Origin: an uncultured Chloroflexia bacterium | GTDB lineage: Bacteria > Chloroflexota > Limnocylindria > Limnocylindrales > CSP1-4 | DNA: 64,000 nt | Direction: 5' to 3' | Assembly: GCA_963813535.1 (NCBI GenBank) | Contig: CAWEZH010000003.1 | Coordinates: 800,001 to 864,000 of the forward strand | In this document: one piece after another, positions 1 to 7,501 of the stretch | Position numbering within the stretch: position 1 is the first letter of the stretch | How the letters are laid out: every line of letters begins with the position of its first letter | The notes under the pieces: model-generated | What the model was told of the DNA's origin: nothing | The model's input: the letters and a program-made list of their open reading frames with translations, nothing else | Database searches by the model: none | Made by a program: the position numbers and the translations under genes

Positions 1-559
1 GAGCGCCATCCACGTGCCGGGCGGGACCTTCATCCATTCGGCGGTGGCGCTCGCCCCGTACTCGTACGTCCTCGCCCTCGAGGGGATCGGCGTCGGTGTC
101 GCCTGGGTCGCCGCGCGACGGCCATCGTGGGACGCTGCGGCGGCGACCCGCGCCTTCACCGGCGCAGCGGTGGTGTTCGCCGCCGGGGCGGCGGTCGTCG
201 GGTCCCTGTTCGTGCACGGGGTGTGGTCCGCCGGTCGGGCCAAGTTCCAGCAGGTCGCCACGGCGCTCGATGCGGCGAGCGCGCCGGCCACGGACCGGGT
301 GATGTCGATCGACGCCGCGGGCACGAAGTACTGGACCGGCCGTGGCGGCGTGGTGCTGGTCAACGACCCGCTCGAGACGGTCAACGACGTCGCCGACGCC
401 TACGACATCGATTGGCTGGTGCTCGACCGTGAGGAGAGCGTGAAGCCGATGGCCCCGGTCCTCGACGGCACCGCCCGACCGATTTGGCTCGGCGACCCGA
501 TCCTGACCGTAGGCAATCCGCTGCAGCTCGCGGTCTACCCGGTCGAGGTGGCGCCGTGA
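1..559 (+). CDS. C-terminal part of a GT-C (ArnT/PMT-like) membrane glycosyltransferase, 5'-truncated by the window
   Basis: Frame is open from the window start; GTFIHS resembles GTFLHA in the downstream paralog; TM segments then a soluble tail; stop overlaps next GTG (GTGA). Confidence 0.6.
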   Translation, partial: SAIHVPGGTFIHSAVALAPYSYVLALEGIGVGVAWVAARRPSWDAAAATRAFTGAAVVFAAGAAVVGSLFVHGVWSAGRAKFQQVATALDAASAPATDRVMSIDAAGTKYWTGRGGVVLVNDPLETVNDVADAYDIDWLVLDREESVKPMAPVLDGTARPIWLGDPILTVGNPLQLAVYPVEVAP

Positions 560-2193
560 ACCGCGGCGCGTGGCTGTCGGCGCTCGGCATCTTCGGCGTC
601 GCCCTGCTCGCGCGTGCCATCTTCGCCGGTCAGGTCGTCTTCCCCAAGCCGGAGGACACGGCCTACTACGTCGGCGTCGCGCGGAACCTCGTCGAGGGAC
701 GCGGGCTGGTGTCGGACGCGCTGTGGAGCTATGCGACGCCGCCGCTGGTCTTCCCGCGACCGGCGTTCGAGGTGTGGTTGCCACTCCCCACCTTCGTGGC
801 CGCGATCCCGATGCTGCTCCTCGGCCCGACCCTGGGTGCCGCGCAGGTGATGAGCGTGCTCGTCGGGGCGATCGTGCCCGTCCTCGCGTGGCGGCTCGCC
901 GCCGATGTCGCCGAGGAGCGGAGCATGTCCCCGGTCGGCGCCCGGACGCTGGCACTCGGGACCGGCCTCACCTCGGCCGTCTACCTGCCGCTCGTCCTTC
1001 ACTCGGCGCTCCCGGACTCCACGATGCTCTTCGCGGCTCTCGCTCTCGGCGCGTGCCTGCTCATGGCCCGGGTGCTGGCGGACCCACGCCAGGGCCGTCT
1101 GGCCGACGCACGTCTGCTCGGGATCGGCGTCCTCCTGGGGCTGGCCGCGTTGACCCGCAACGAGGCCGCGTGGCTCGCGCTCACCTGGGTCGGCCTCGTC
1201 GCGGTGGCACGGGATGTCGATCGGGCGACGAAGGTGCGGATCATCGGCGTGGTCGGGATCGTCGCGGCGCTGGTGTTCGCGCCATGGGCGCTCCGCAACT
1301 GGTCGGCCTTCGGCAGCCCGCTACCCGGGCAGGCCGTGACCAACGCCTTCTCCGTCACCGGCTTCGACATCTTCGCCTGGAACGACCCACCCACGTTGGC
1401 TCGCTACCTGGCGGTCGGGCCGGCGCGGCTCATCGAGATGCGTGTCGAGGGCCTCGCCCACAACCTGTTCAACGTCCTGGTGCTGCCCGGTTTTCCCCTG
1501 TCGGCGATCGGCCTCCTTGCGCTGCCATGGACGGCACGCGGCCGAGCCGTCAGGCCGGTCCTCGTGGTCAGCGTCATCACCTTCCTCGTGACGAGCCTGG
1601 TGTTCCCCGTGGCGACGACCTGGGGCACGTTCCTGCATGCCGCAGGACCCGCACAGGTGCTCATCGTCCTGTCGGCCTTGCTGGCGCTCGACGGACTGCT
1701 GGCCGCGGTCGGACGACGGCTTGGCTGGACGAAGGATGTCAGCTGGCTCGGCGCGACGATGGGTGTCGCCTCGAGCGTGCTGTTCTCGGTCGTGCTGCTG
1801 ACCGGTTTCGCCACCGGGTCGCACGAGACCGCGCGTCTGTACGACGAGCTGGCGACGCGCATGTCCGCCGTCGACCGCTCCCTCGCCACACCGGGCATCC
1901 GCCTTATGAGCAACTTCCCGATCTGGGTCGCCGAGACGCAGCGCGCCTCGACGCTCGCGTTGCCGGACGAGCCACCCGAGGATGTCCTCGACCTGGCGGC
2001 CACATTCCCCGGGACCAGATACCTCATCCTGACCAGCCCGGAATCCACCCACTGGCCAGGGGACCTCGCGACCACCCAGACAGGCGCGGAATGCTTCGCG
2101 CCGATCGACCTCGGGCCGTATGCCGGCACCGGCCAGGATCCGCTGCGGTCGACGACCGTCTACGAGATCGGCTGCCCTGGAGTCACCCAGTGA
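556..2193 (+). CDS. GT-C fold (ArnT/PMT, GT39-like) membrane glycosyltransferase
   Basis: PEDTAYYVGVARNLVEGRG, WLPLP, LAALTRNE and PWALRN motifs; many TM helices; GTG start overlaps upstream stop. Confidence 0.7.
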   Translation: MNRGAWLSALGIFGVALLARAIFAGQVVFPKPEDTAYYVGVARNLVEGRGLVSDALWSYATPPLVFPRPAFEVWLPLPTFVAAIPMLLLGPTLGAAQVMSVLVGAIVPVLAWRLAADVAEERSMSPVGARTLALGTGLTSAVYLPLVLHSALPDSTMLFAALALGACLLMARVLADPRQGRLADARLLGIGVLLGLAALTRNEAAWLALTWVGLVAVARDVDRATKVRIIGVVGIVAALVFAPWALRNWSAFGSPLPGQAVTNAFSVTGFDIFAWNDPPTLARYLAVGPARLIEMRVEGLAHNLFNVLVLPGFPLSAIGLLALPWTARGRAVRPVLVVSVITFLVTSLVFPVATTWGTFLHAAGPAQVLIVLSALLALDGLLAAVGRRLGWTKDVSWLGATMGVASSVLFSVVLLTGFATGSHETARLYDELATRMSAVDRSLATPGIRLMSNFPIWVAETQRASTLALPDEPPEDVLDLAATFPGTRYLILTSPESTHWPGDLATTQTGAECFAPIDLGPYAGTGQDPLRSTTVYEIGCPGVTQ

Positions 2194-2888
2194 ACGATGC
2201 CCATGCTCCGCAACCGATGGATGCCGCCCCGGTCGTGCTTGAAGCACTCGACGCCGAGCGAGCTCGCATCGGGCGCGAGATCCACGACGGACCCGCACAG
2301 GTGCTGACCAATGCCCTCTTCGAGGTCGACGACATCGAGCGGCTGGTCGAACGCGATCCCGCCGCGGCGCTGGTCAGCCTGCGCCAGTTGCGAGCGATGC
2401 TGCGGCGCGAGCTCGCCAACGTCCGTGAGTTCATCTCGGAGCTCCGACCGCCGACCGTCGACGCCGGCGGCCTCGACGATGCGTTGACCGACGCCGTCGA
2501 TGGATTCCGGACGGCGACGCGGCTCGCCGCCATCACTGATCTTCGCGGTCCGAGCGGTCAGCTCGACGACCGCCAACGGACCGTGGCCCTCCGAGTCGCC
2601 CAGGAGGCATTACAGAATGTCCGCAAGCACGCCCAGGCATCCACCGTCGTGGTGAGCACGGACGTGACCGGCGATGAATGGACCCTCGAGATCCGTGACG
2701 ACGGTCACGGATTCGACATGGGTACGGTGGCGGCCCGCGGCCGTCGGAACTTCGGCATGCAAGTGATGCATGAAAGAGCCGAGCAGATCGGCGCCCGCTT
2801 CGACGTACGATCTCGACAGGACGGCGGTACCGTGGTCCGACTCGCGATCCCGACGGGCGCCCCAACGGGAGCAAAGGAGAACGGATGA
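2190..2888 (+). CDS. Cytoplasmic HisKA_3 histidine kinase with no sensor domain
   Basis: H-box REIHDGPAQ, N-box EALQNVRKH, G1 DDGHGF; GTG start overlaps upstream stop. Confidence 0.85.
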   Translation: MNDAHAPQPMDAAPVVLEALDAERARIGREIHDGPAQVLTNALFEVDDIERLVERDPAAALVSLRQLRAMLRRELANVREFISELRPPTVDAGGLDDALTDAVDGFRTATRLAAITDLRGPSGQLDDRQRTVALRVAQEALQNVRKHAQASTVVVSTDVTGDEWTLEIRDDGHGFDMGTVAARGRRNFGMQVMHERAEQIGARFDVRSRQDGGTVVRLAIPTGAPTGAKENG

Positions 2889-3631
2889 CTGCGATGGAAT
2901 ACGGCGGACCGGAACGGCGTCGGGGTGGTCCCGATCGTCGAGACGCGGGTGAGACGACCCGCATCCTCATCGTCGACGATCACGCGCTGTTCCGAGTCGG
3001 GATCGCCAACATCCTCTCGCGCGAACCAGACCTCGAGGTCGTCGGCGAGGCCGAGGATTCCCGGAGCGCGGTCGACCGCGCCCTGGAGACCTCGCCCGAC
3101 ATCATCCTGATGGATCTGTCGTTGCCGTCACCCGGCGGCATCGAGACCACTCAGCGCATCAAGCGCGAGCTGCCCGCGACCGGGATCATCGTGCTCGCCG
3201 TCAACGAGGACGAGGATTCGCTGTTCGACGCGATCAAGGCCGGTGCCGCGGCATTCATCCTCAAGGACGTGGGTCCGGACGATCTCGTCACGATCATCCG
3301 CCGTGTCGCCGATGGTGAGTTCCTCATCAACGACAAGGTCTTCTCGAAGCCGGCGGTCGCCACGCGCGTGCTCAAGGAGTTCCGCGAGCTGGCGGTCTAC
3401 GGCCAGGAGGCCGCGCCCATCTTCGCCCCGCTGTCACCGCGCGAGGTCGAGATCCTCGACAACATCGCGCAGGGCATGACCAACAAGCAGGTCGCCTATG
3501 CCCTCACGATCAGCGAGCAGACGGTCAAGAACCATATGAGCTCGATCCTTCGCAAGCTGTCGGTGAACGACCGCACGCAGGCCGTGGTGTACGCGATGCG
3601 CCAGGGCTGGATCCGGATGCCCGAGGACTGA
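2885..3631 (+). CDS. NarL/DegU-family response regulator (REC + LuxR HTH)
   Basis: ILIVDDH, ILMDL phospho-Asp, LSPREVEIL...NKQVA...TVKNH HTH; AAGGAG RBS. Confidence 0.92.
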   Translation: MTAMEYGGPERRRGGPDRRDAGETTRILIVDDHALFRVGIANILSREPDLEVVGEAEDSRSAVDRALETSPDIILMDLSLPSPGGIETTQRIKRELPATGIIVLAVNEDEDSLFDAIKAGAAAFILKDVGPDDLVTIIRRVADGEFLINDKVFSKPAVATRVLKEFRELAVYGQEAAPIFAPLSPREVEILDNIAQGMTNKQVAYALTISEQTVKNHMSSILRKLSVNDRTQAVVYAMRQGWIRMPED

Positions 3632-4806
3632 TGGTGACCGACCCCGCGATCCCGCCGACCTCGACCGTCGAGGCGTTATCGGCGCGGCTCGCGGACGACC
3701 TCGGCACGATCGACAAGGAGCTCGACGAGATCGATCTCCTGATCTCGCAGGCCAGGACCGAGGCGGGCCGGCACGAGACCCGTCGGTCGACCGCCGAGGA
3801 GAAGCTCGCTTCGCTGCCCGAGAGCGCCGACGTCCGGGATCGACTCGAACAGACGACCAACCTGGTCGCGCTGACGAAGCGAGCCGCGCTGATGGAGACG
3901 CAGGTCGAGGTGCTCGAGGGGAAGCGACGATCGATCGGTCGCTACCGCGATGCCATCGCTGCGTACATCGATGCCCTGGCCGGCGTCGACCCGAACGCGA
4001 CGGAGGGTGAAGGCGACCAGCCGATGCCGCCGGCGGTCGCCCGGCTGCTCATGAGCGCCCAGGAGGACCTCCGGCGCGAGATCGCGCGTGAGATGCACGA
4101 CGGCCCGGCCCAGAGCCTGACCAACATCGTGCTCCAGGCGCAGATCGTCGAGCGCCTGATGGCGACGGATCCGGACGGTGCCGCCACCGAGGTGCACCAG
4201 CTCGTGGCCATGGTCCAGCAGACGCTGGAGGCCACCAAGACGTTCATCTTCGATGTCCGGCCGATGGTGCTCGACGACCTCGGTCTGGTGCCGACCCTCC
4301 GACGGGCCACGCGCGAGCGCAGCCGACGCGCCGAGGTGCCGGTCGAGTTCGAGTCGATGGGTCAGGACCGCCGGCTGCCGATGGACCTCGAGAGTGGCCT
4401 GTTCCGGATGCTCGACGAGGCGCTGGCGGCATTCCTCGCCGGCGACCCGGACCAGGTGTCGCTCAAGCTGGACTGGGGCGATCGACTGACGGCCGACGTC
4501 GTTGCGACCCGTGCGGTCGCTGCCGCGGAGGCGCGGTCCGACGTGGAGATCCCGAGCGAAGAAGGTGACGAGAACCTGCCGCCCGCGCTGGCTGCCCTCG
4601 TCGAGGAGCGGCGTGCCGCCAAGCGCAAGGCGGCCGAAGCGGCCGTTCGCGCGGCGGTCGTGGCGCTGCCGCCCACGACGTGGCGGGAGATCCAGGATCG
4701 AGCCGTGTCGGTCGGTGTCGAGGCGGAGCTCCGAGCCGACGGCAGCCACCTGCACCTCGAGACCGAACTGCCCGCGCTGGACAGCGCGGTGTCCGGGACG
4801 TCGTGA
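3631..4806 (+). CDS. DegS-like coiled-coil + HisKA_3 protein with degenerate ATP-binding domain
   Basis: N-terminal coiled coil; REMHDGPAQSL H-box; RPMVLDDLGL; N-box and DxGxG not recognisable. Confidence 0.75.
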   Translation: MVTDPAIPPTSTVEALSARLADDLGTIDKELDEIDLLISQARTEAGRHETRRSTAEEKLASLPESADVRDRLEQTTNLVALTKRAALMETQVEVLEGKRRSIGRYRDAIAAYIDALAGVDPNATEGEGDQPMPPAVARLLMSAQEDLRREIAREMHDGPAQSLTNIVLQAQIVERLMATDPDGAATEVHQLVAMVQQTLEATKTFIFDVRPMVLDDLGLVPTLRRATRERSRRAEVPVEFESMGQDRRLPMDLESGLFRMLDEALAAFLAGDPDQVSLKLDWGDRLTADVVATRAVAAAEARSDVEIPSEEGDENLPPALAALVEERRAAKRKAAEAAVRAAVVALPPTTWREIQDRAVSVGVEAELRADGSHLHLETELPALDSAVSGTS

Positions 4807-4961
4807 CCGCGTTCGCGCGCGGGCAAGGCCTCGTCGAGTACGGGCTGATCCTGGCCATCACCGCGGTGCTCACGACCGTGTGGCTCGTGGTGTTCGGCGG
4901 GACCGTGTCGGACGCGCTCACGGCGATCGGGATCGCCATCGACCGGGCGACCGGGGGCTGA
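4803..4961 (+). CDS. flp: Flp/type IVb pilin (divergent copy 1)
   Basis: RG|QGLVEYGLIL Flp motif then hydrophobic helix; GTG overlaps kinase stop. Confidence 0.8.
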   Translation: MTAFARGQGLVEYGLILAITAVLTTVWLVVFGGTVSDALTAIGIAIDRATGG

Positions 4962-5086
4962 AGGGAGTACCGGTGCGTTCAGACGACCGGCGGTACCATC
5001 GTCTCAGTATCCGGGCGTGGGGTGCCTACATATATTGGCGCAGCCCTCGATCTGAGGGTGAGTACTCATCCAGGAGGCACCTACGA

Positions 5087-5257
5087 ATGGCGCTCTTCAA
5101 CTCGTTCCTCGCCACGCTTCGCCGTGACGAGGAGGGCCAGGGTCTCGCGGAGTACGCGCTGATCCTCGCACTCATCGCGATCATCGCGATCATCGCGCTG
5201 ATCTTCCTGGGCAACCAGGTCAGCACCATCCTGAGCACGGTCGGCAGCTCGGTCTAA
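5087..5257 (+). CDS. flp: Flp pilin copy 2 (56 aa)
   Basis: AGGAGG RBS; MALFNSFLATLRRDEEG|QGLAEYALIL... Confidence 0.93.
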   Translation: MALFNSFLATLRRDEEGQGLAEYALILALIAIIAIIALIFLGNQVSTILSTVGSSV

Positions 5258-5278
5258 GACCTCGCTTCGACAACGCAG

Positions 5279-5314
5279 GACCGCCGGTCATGAGACCGGC
5301 GGTCTTTCGTTTTT
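5279..5314 (+). terminator. Intrinsic terminator after pilin 2
   Basis: GACCGCCGGTC-ATGA-GACCGGCGGTC followed by TTTCGTTTTT. Confidence 0.85.
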
Positions 5315-5345
5315 CCGGCGCGTCCGTCTAGGTAGATGTGACCGT

Positions 5346-5374
5346 TTGACAGGACGCATCACCGCCCGTACGGT
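5346..5374 (+). promoter_or_regulatory. Sigma70-type promoter of pilin 3
   Basis: TTGACA-17 bp-TACGGT. Confidence 0.7.
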
Positions 5375-5427
5375 GGCCGCCGCCTCCACGACAGGAGGTT
5401 CTCGAGAAAGGAGCACCCGGAACTCGA

Positions 5428-5598
5428 ATGAGGCAGTTTCTCGGACTTATCGATCCATCCCGCCGCGACGAGGAGGGCCAGGGTCTCGCGGAGTACGCGC
5501 TGATCCTCGCACTCATCGCGATCATCGCGATCATCGCGCTCATCTTCCTGGGCAACCAGGTCAGCACCATCCTGAGCACGGTCGGCAGCTCGGTCTAG
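5428..5598 (+). CDS. flp: Flp pilin copy 3 (56 aa; absent from ORF track)
   Basis: Hand-translated MRQFLGLIDPSRRDEEG|QGLAEYALILALIAIIAIIALIFLGNQVSTILSTVGSSV; AAAGGAG upstream. Confidence 0.92.
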   Translation: MRQFLGLIDPSRRDEEGQGLAEYALILALIAIIAIIALIFLGNQVSTILSTVGSSV

Positions 5599-5617
5599 AG
5601 CCCCCATCGACAGACTT

Positions 5618-5653
5618 GACCGCCGGCCCTGCGGGGACCGGCGGTCGATGTTT
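5618..5653 (+). terminator. Terminator-like hairpin after pilin 3
   Basis: GACCGCCGG...CCGGCGGTC, same stem as the hairpin at 5279; weak T-tract. Confidence 0.65.
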
Positions 5654-5682
5654 ACGGATGCACCAGCGTCTGCACCAAATCG

Positions 5683-5711
5683 TTGACACTGGGGTAGTAC
5701 CACCGTACCGT
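5683..5711 (+). promoter_or_regulatory. Sigma70-type promoter of pilin 4
   Basis: TTGACA-17 bp-TACCGT. Confidence 0.7.
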
Positions 5712-5763
5712 GACCCAGCCCTCGCCCAATGAGGAGCCACGAAGGAAAGGGGGATCCGGCACA

Positions 5764-5934
5764 TTGACAGTTCTCAACGCTCTTATCGATACATTCCGGC
5801 GTGACGAAGACGGCCAGGGTCTTGCGGAGTACGCGCTGATCCTCGCACTCATCGCGATCATCGCCATCATCGCGCTCATCTTCCTGGGCAACCAGGTCAG
5901 CACGATCCTGAGCACGGTCGGCCGCTCGGTCTGA
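5764..5934 (+). CDS. flp: Flp pilin copy 4 (56 aa, TTG start)
   Basis: MTVLNALIDTFRRDEDG|QGLAEY...TVGRSV; AAAGGGGG upstream; same length as copies 2 and 3. Confidence 0.9.
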   Translation: MTVLNALIDTFRRDEDGQGLAEYALILALIAIIAIIALIFLGNQVSTILSTVGRSV

Positions 5935-5955
5935 TACGCGGACCCGAAACGGTCG

Positions 5956-5991
5956 AGACCGCTGCCACCCACAAGGGGGCAGCGGTCTTTC
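5956..5991 (+). terminator. Intrinsic terminator after pilin 4
   Basis: AGACCGCTGCC...GGCAGCGGTCT then TTC. Confidence 0.7.
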
Positions 5992-6049
5992 ATGTAGGGT
6001 GAGCTCCACTGGCGGTGCCTCGGCGCCGCCAACGGGACCATCGGCTCAA

Positions 6050-6077
6050 TTGACTTGGCACCGTCCGCCCATACGGT
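6050..6077 (+). promoter_or_regulatory. Sigma70-type promoter of pilin 5
   Basis: TTGACT-16 bp-TACGGT. Confidence 0.6.
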
Positions 6078-6110
6078 TGTGACATGTCTTCGGAAAGGAG
6101 GTGAATCGAT

Positions 6111-6287
6111 ATGGGGGCTCGTCGTGTCGTGTCCTACCTGGGGCGGCTCCGAGGGGACGAGATCGGTCAAGGCCTAGCTGAATACGCTCTGATCCTGGCA
6201 CTCATCGCGATCCTTGCAATCATCAGCCTCATCTTCCTCGGCAACCAGATCAGCGACAAACTCAGCGTCGTTGGTAACGCGGTCTGA
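6111..6287 (+). CDS. flp: Flp pilin copy 5 (58 aa; absent from ORF track)
   Basis: AAAGGAGGTGA RBS; MGARRVVSYLGRLRGDEIG|QGLAEYALILALIAILAIISLIFLGNQISDKLSVVGNAV. Confidence 0.92.
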   Translation: MGARRVVSYLGRLRGDEIGQGLAEYALILALIAILAIISLIFLGNQISDKLSVVGNAV

Positions 6288-6307
6288 TCGACCTTCTCGG
6301 CAACGTC

Positions 6308-6346
6308 AAAACGGCCCATCGGACATCGGGTCCGGCGGGCCGTTTT
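6308..6346 (+). terminator. Intrinsic terminator after pilin 5
   Basis: AAAACGGCCC...GGGCCGTTTT. Confidence 0.75.
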
Positions 6347-6423
6347 CCCGTCTCCGGACCTTGCAGCGAACCTTGCAGCGTGCGTGGCTTCCTGCCGATT
6401 CCTGCCAGAGGGTCCTAGCCCAT

Positions 6424-6432
6424 TGGTATAGT
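6424..6432 (+). promoter_or_regulatory. Extended -10 promoter of the cpaB-tad operon
   Basis: TG-G-TATAGT about 65 bp before the cpaB start. Confidence 0.55.
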
Positions 6433-6496
6433 CGCGCGCCCTGAGGCCTTTGCTACAGTGGTGCCACCTGTCACACCACGTCTCGGGGAGATTCTC

Positions 6497-7378
6497 TTGA
6501 AGCGCTCTAATCGATTGGTCCTGCTCATCGGGGTCTTCCTGGCGATCGTCGCGTTCGTCGCGGTGCTCGTCCTACGGCCTGCGACACCGCAAGAGACTGC
6601 CGAACTAACGGAGCCAACCGTCGTGGCCGCGGTCGACATCCCGCTCGGCGCCGCCATCACGGCCGACCAGGTCAAGACTGTCGACCTGCCCATCACCAGC
6701 CGAAATGAGACCGCGTTCAACGATGTATCGCAGGTCCTCGGCAGGCGTGTCCGTCAGGCCGTCGTCACCGACGCCCAGCTCGACGCCGCCACGTTCGGCG
6801 AGGAGGGCGGCGGCACGATCCTCAATATCGACGTCCCCGCCGGGAAGCGCGCGATCACGGTCCAGGTCGACCAGGTGACCGGTGTCGGCACCGTCATCAA
6901 AACGGGCGACTACGTGGACATGGTGGTCGGTATCCGCGCCGACAAGTTCCCCGTCATCACGACCAATCCCGCCGACGACTCGTTCACCGTCGTCGCCGGC
7001 CTGAACGGCACCAGCGTCAAGCTGCTCCTCCAGGGCATGCAGGTCCTGGGCACGCTGCTCCCACCCCCGACGACCACGACCGCTGAAGGCACGCCCGATC
7101 AGCCCGGGACGGCCCTGACCGGCCAGCAGGAGATCGTCGCCCTCGCCGTGGACGCCCAGCAGGCCGAGGTCATCAAGTTCGCCCAGATGGACGGCGAGAT
7201 CAGCCTCATCCTGCGCTCACCCGACGACTTCACCGACCCGGTCTCGGGTCAGCCCATCGAGCCGCCGCCGCTGCCTGATGCGACGACGGGCATCATCCTC
7301 AAGTCGCTCGTCGACCGCTACGGCGTCCTTCCGCCGGAGCTCATCGAGACGGTCCTGCCGTCGCAGGCCCGGCGCTAA
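6497..7378 (+). CDS. cpaB: Flp pilus assembly protein CpaB/RcpC
   Basis: N-terminal TM, SAF domain VVAAVDIPLGAAIT, GKRAITV...GDYVD; GGGGAG RBS before TTG. Confidence 0.9.
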   Translation: MKRSNRLVLLIGVFLAIVAFVAVLVLRPATPQETAELTEPTVVAAVDIPLGAAITADQVKTVDLPITSRNETAFNDVSQVLGRRVRQAVVTDAQLDAATFGEEGGGTILNIDVPAGKRAITVQVDQVTGVGTVIKTGDYVDMVVGIRADKFPVITTNPADDSFTVVAGLNGTSVKLLLQGMQVLGTLLPPPTTTTAEGTPDQPGTALTGQQEIVALAVDAQQAEVIKFAQMDGEISLILRSPDDFTDPVSGQPIEPPPLPDATTGIILKSLVDRYGVLPPELIETVLPSQARR

Positions 7379-7501
7379 CCAAGAGACCCATCCGGCATCG
7401 AGCCGGTGACCATGACCCAGCGCGACGGGCGCGATGGACCGACCGGTCCCCGCGCCCGTCGAGCGTCAACCGAAACGTAAGGACGAGAGCCAGACCCTCA
7501 G

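Noticed and set aside
570-2189. 772-aa version of the first kinase
   Set aside because: The upstream part is an Arg/Gly-rich shadow frame of the GT-C gene; GTG at 2190 is the plausible start
5087-6287. Pilin repeats as a CRISPR array or DGR template/variable repeat pair
   Set aside because: The repeats are coding and about 140 nt, differences are not adenine-specific, and no cas or reverse transcriptase gene is present
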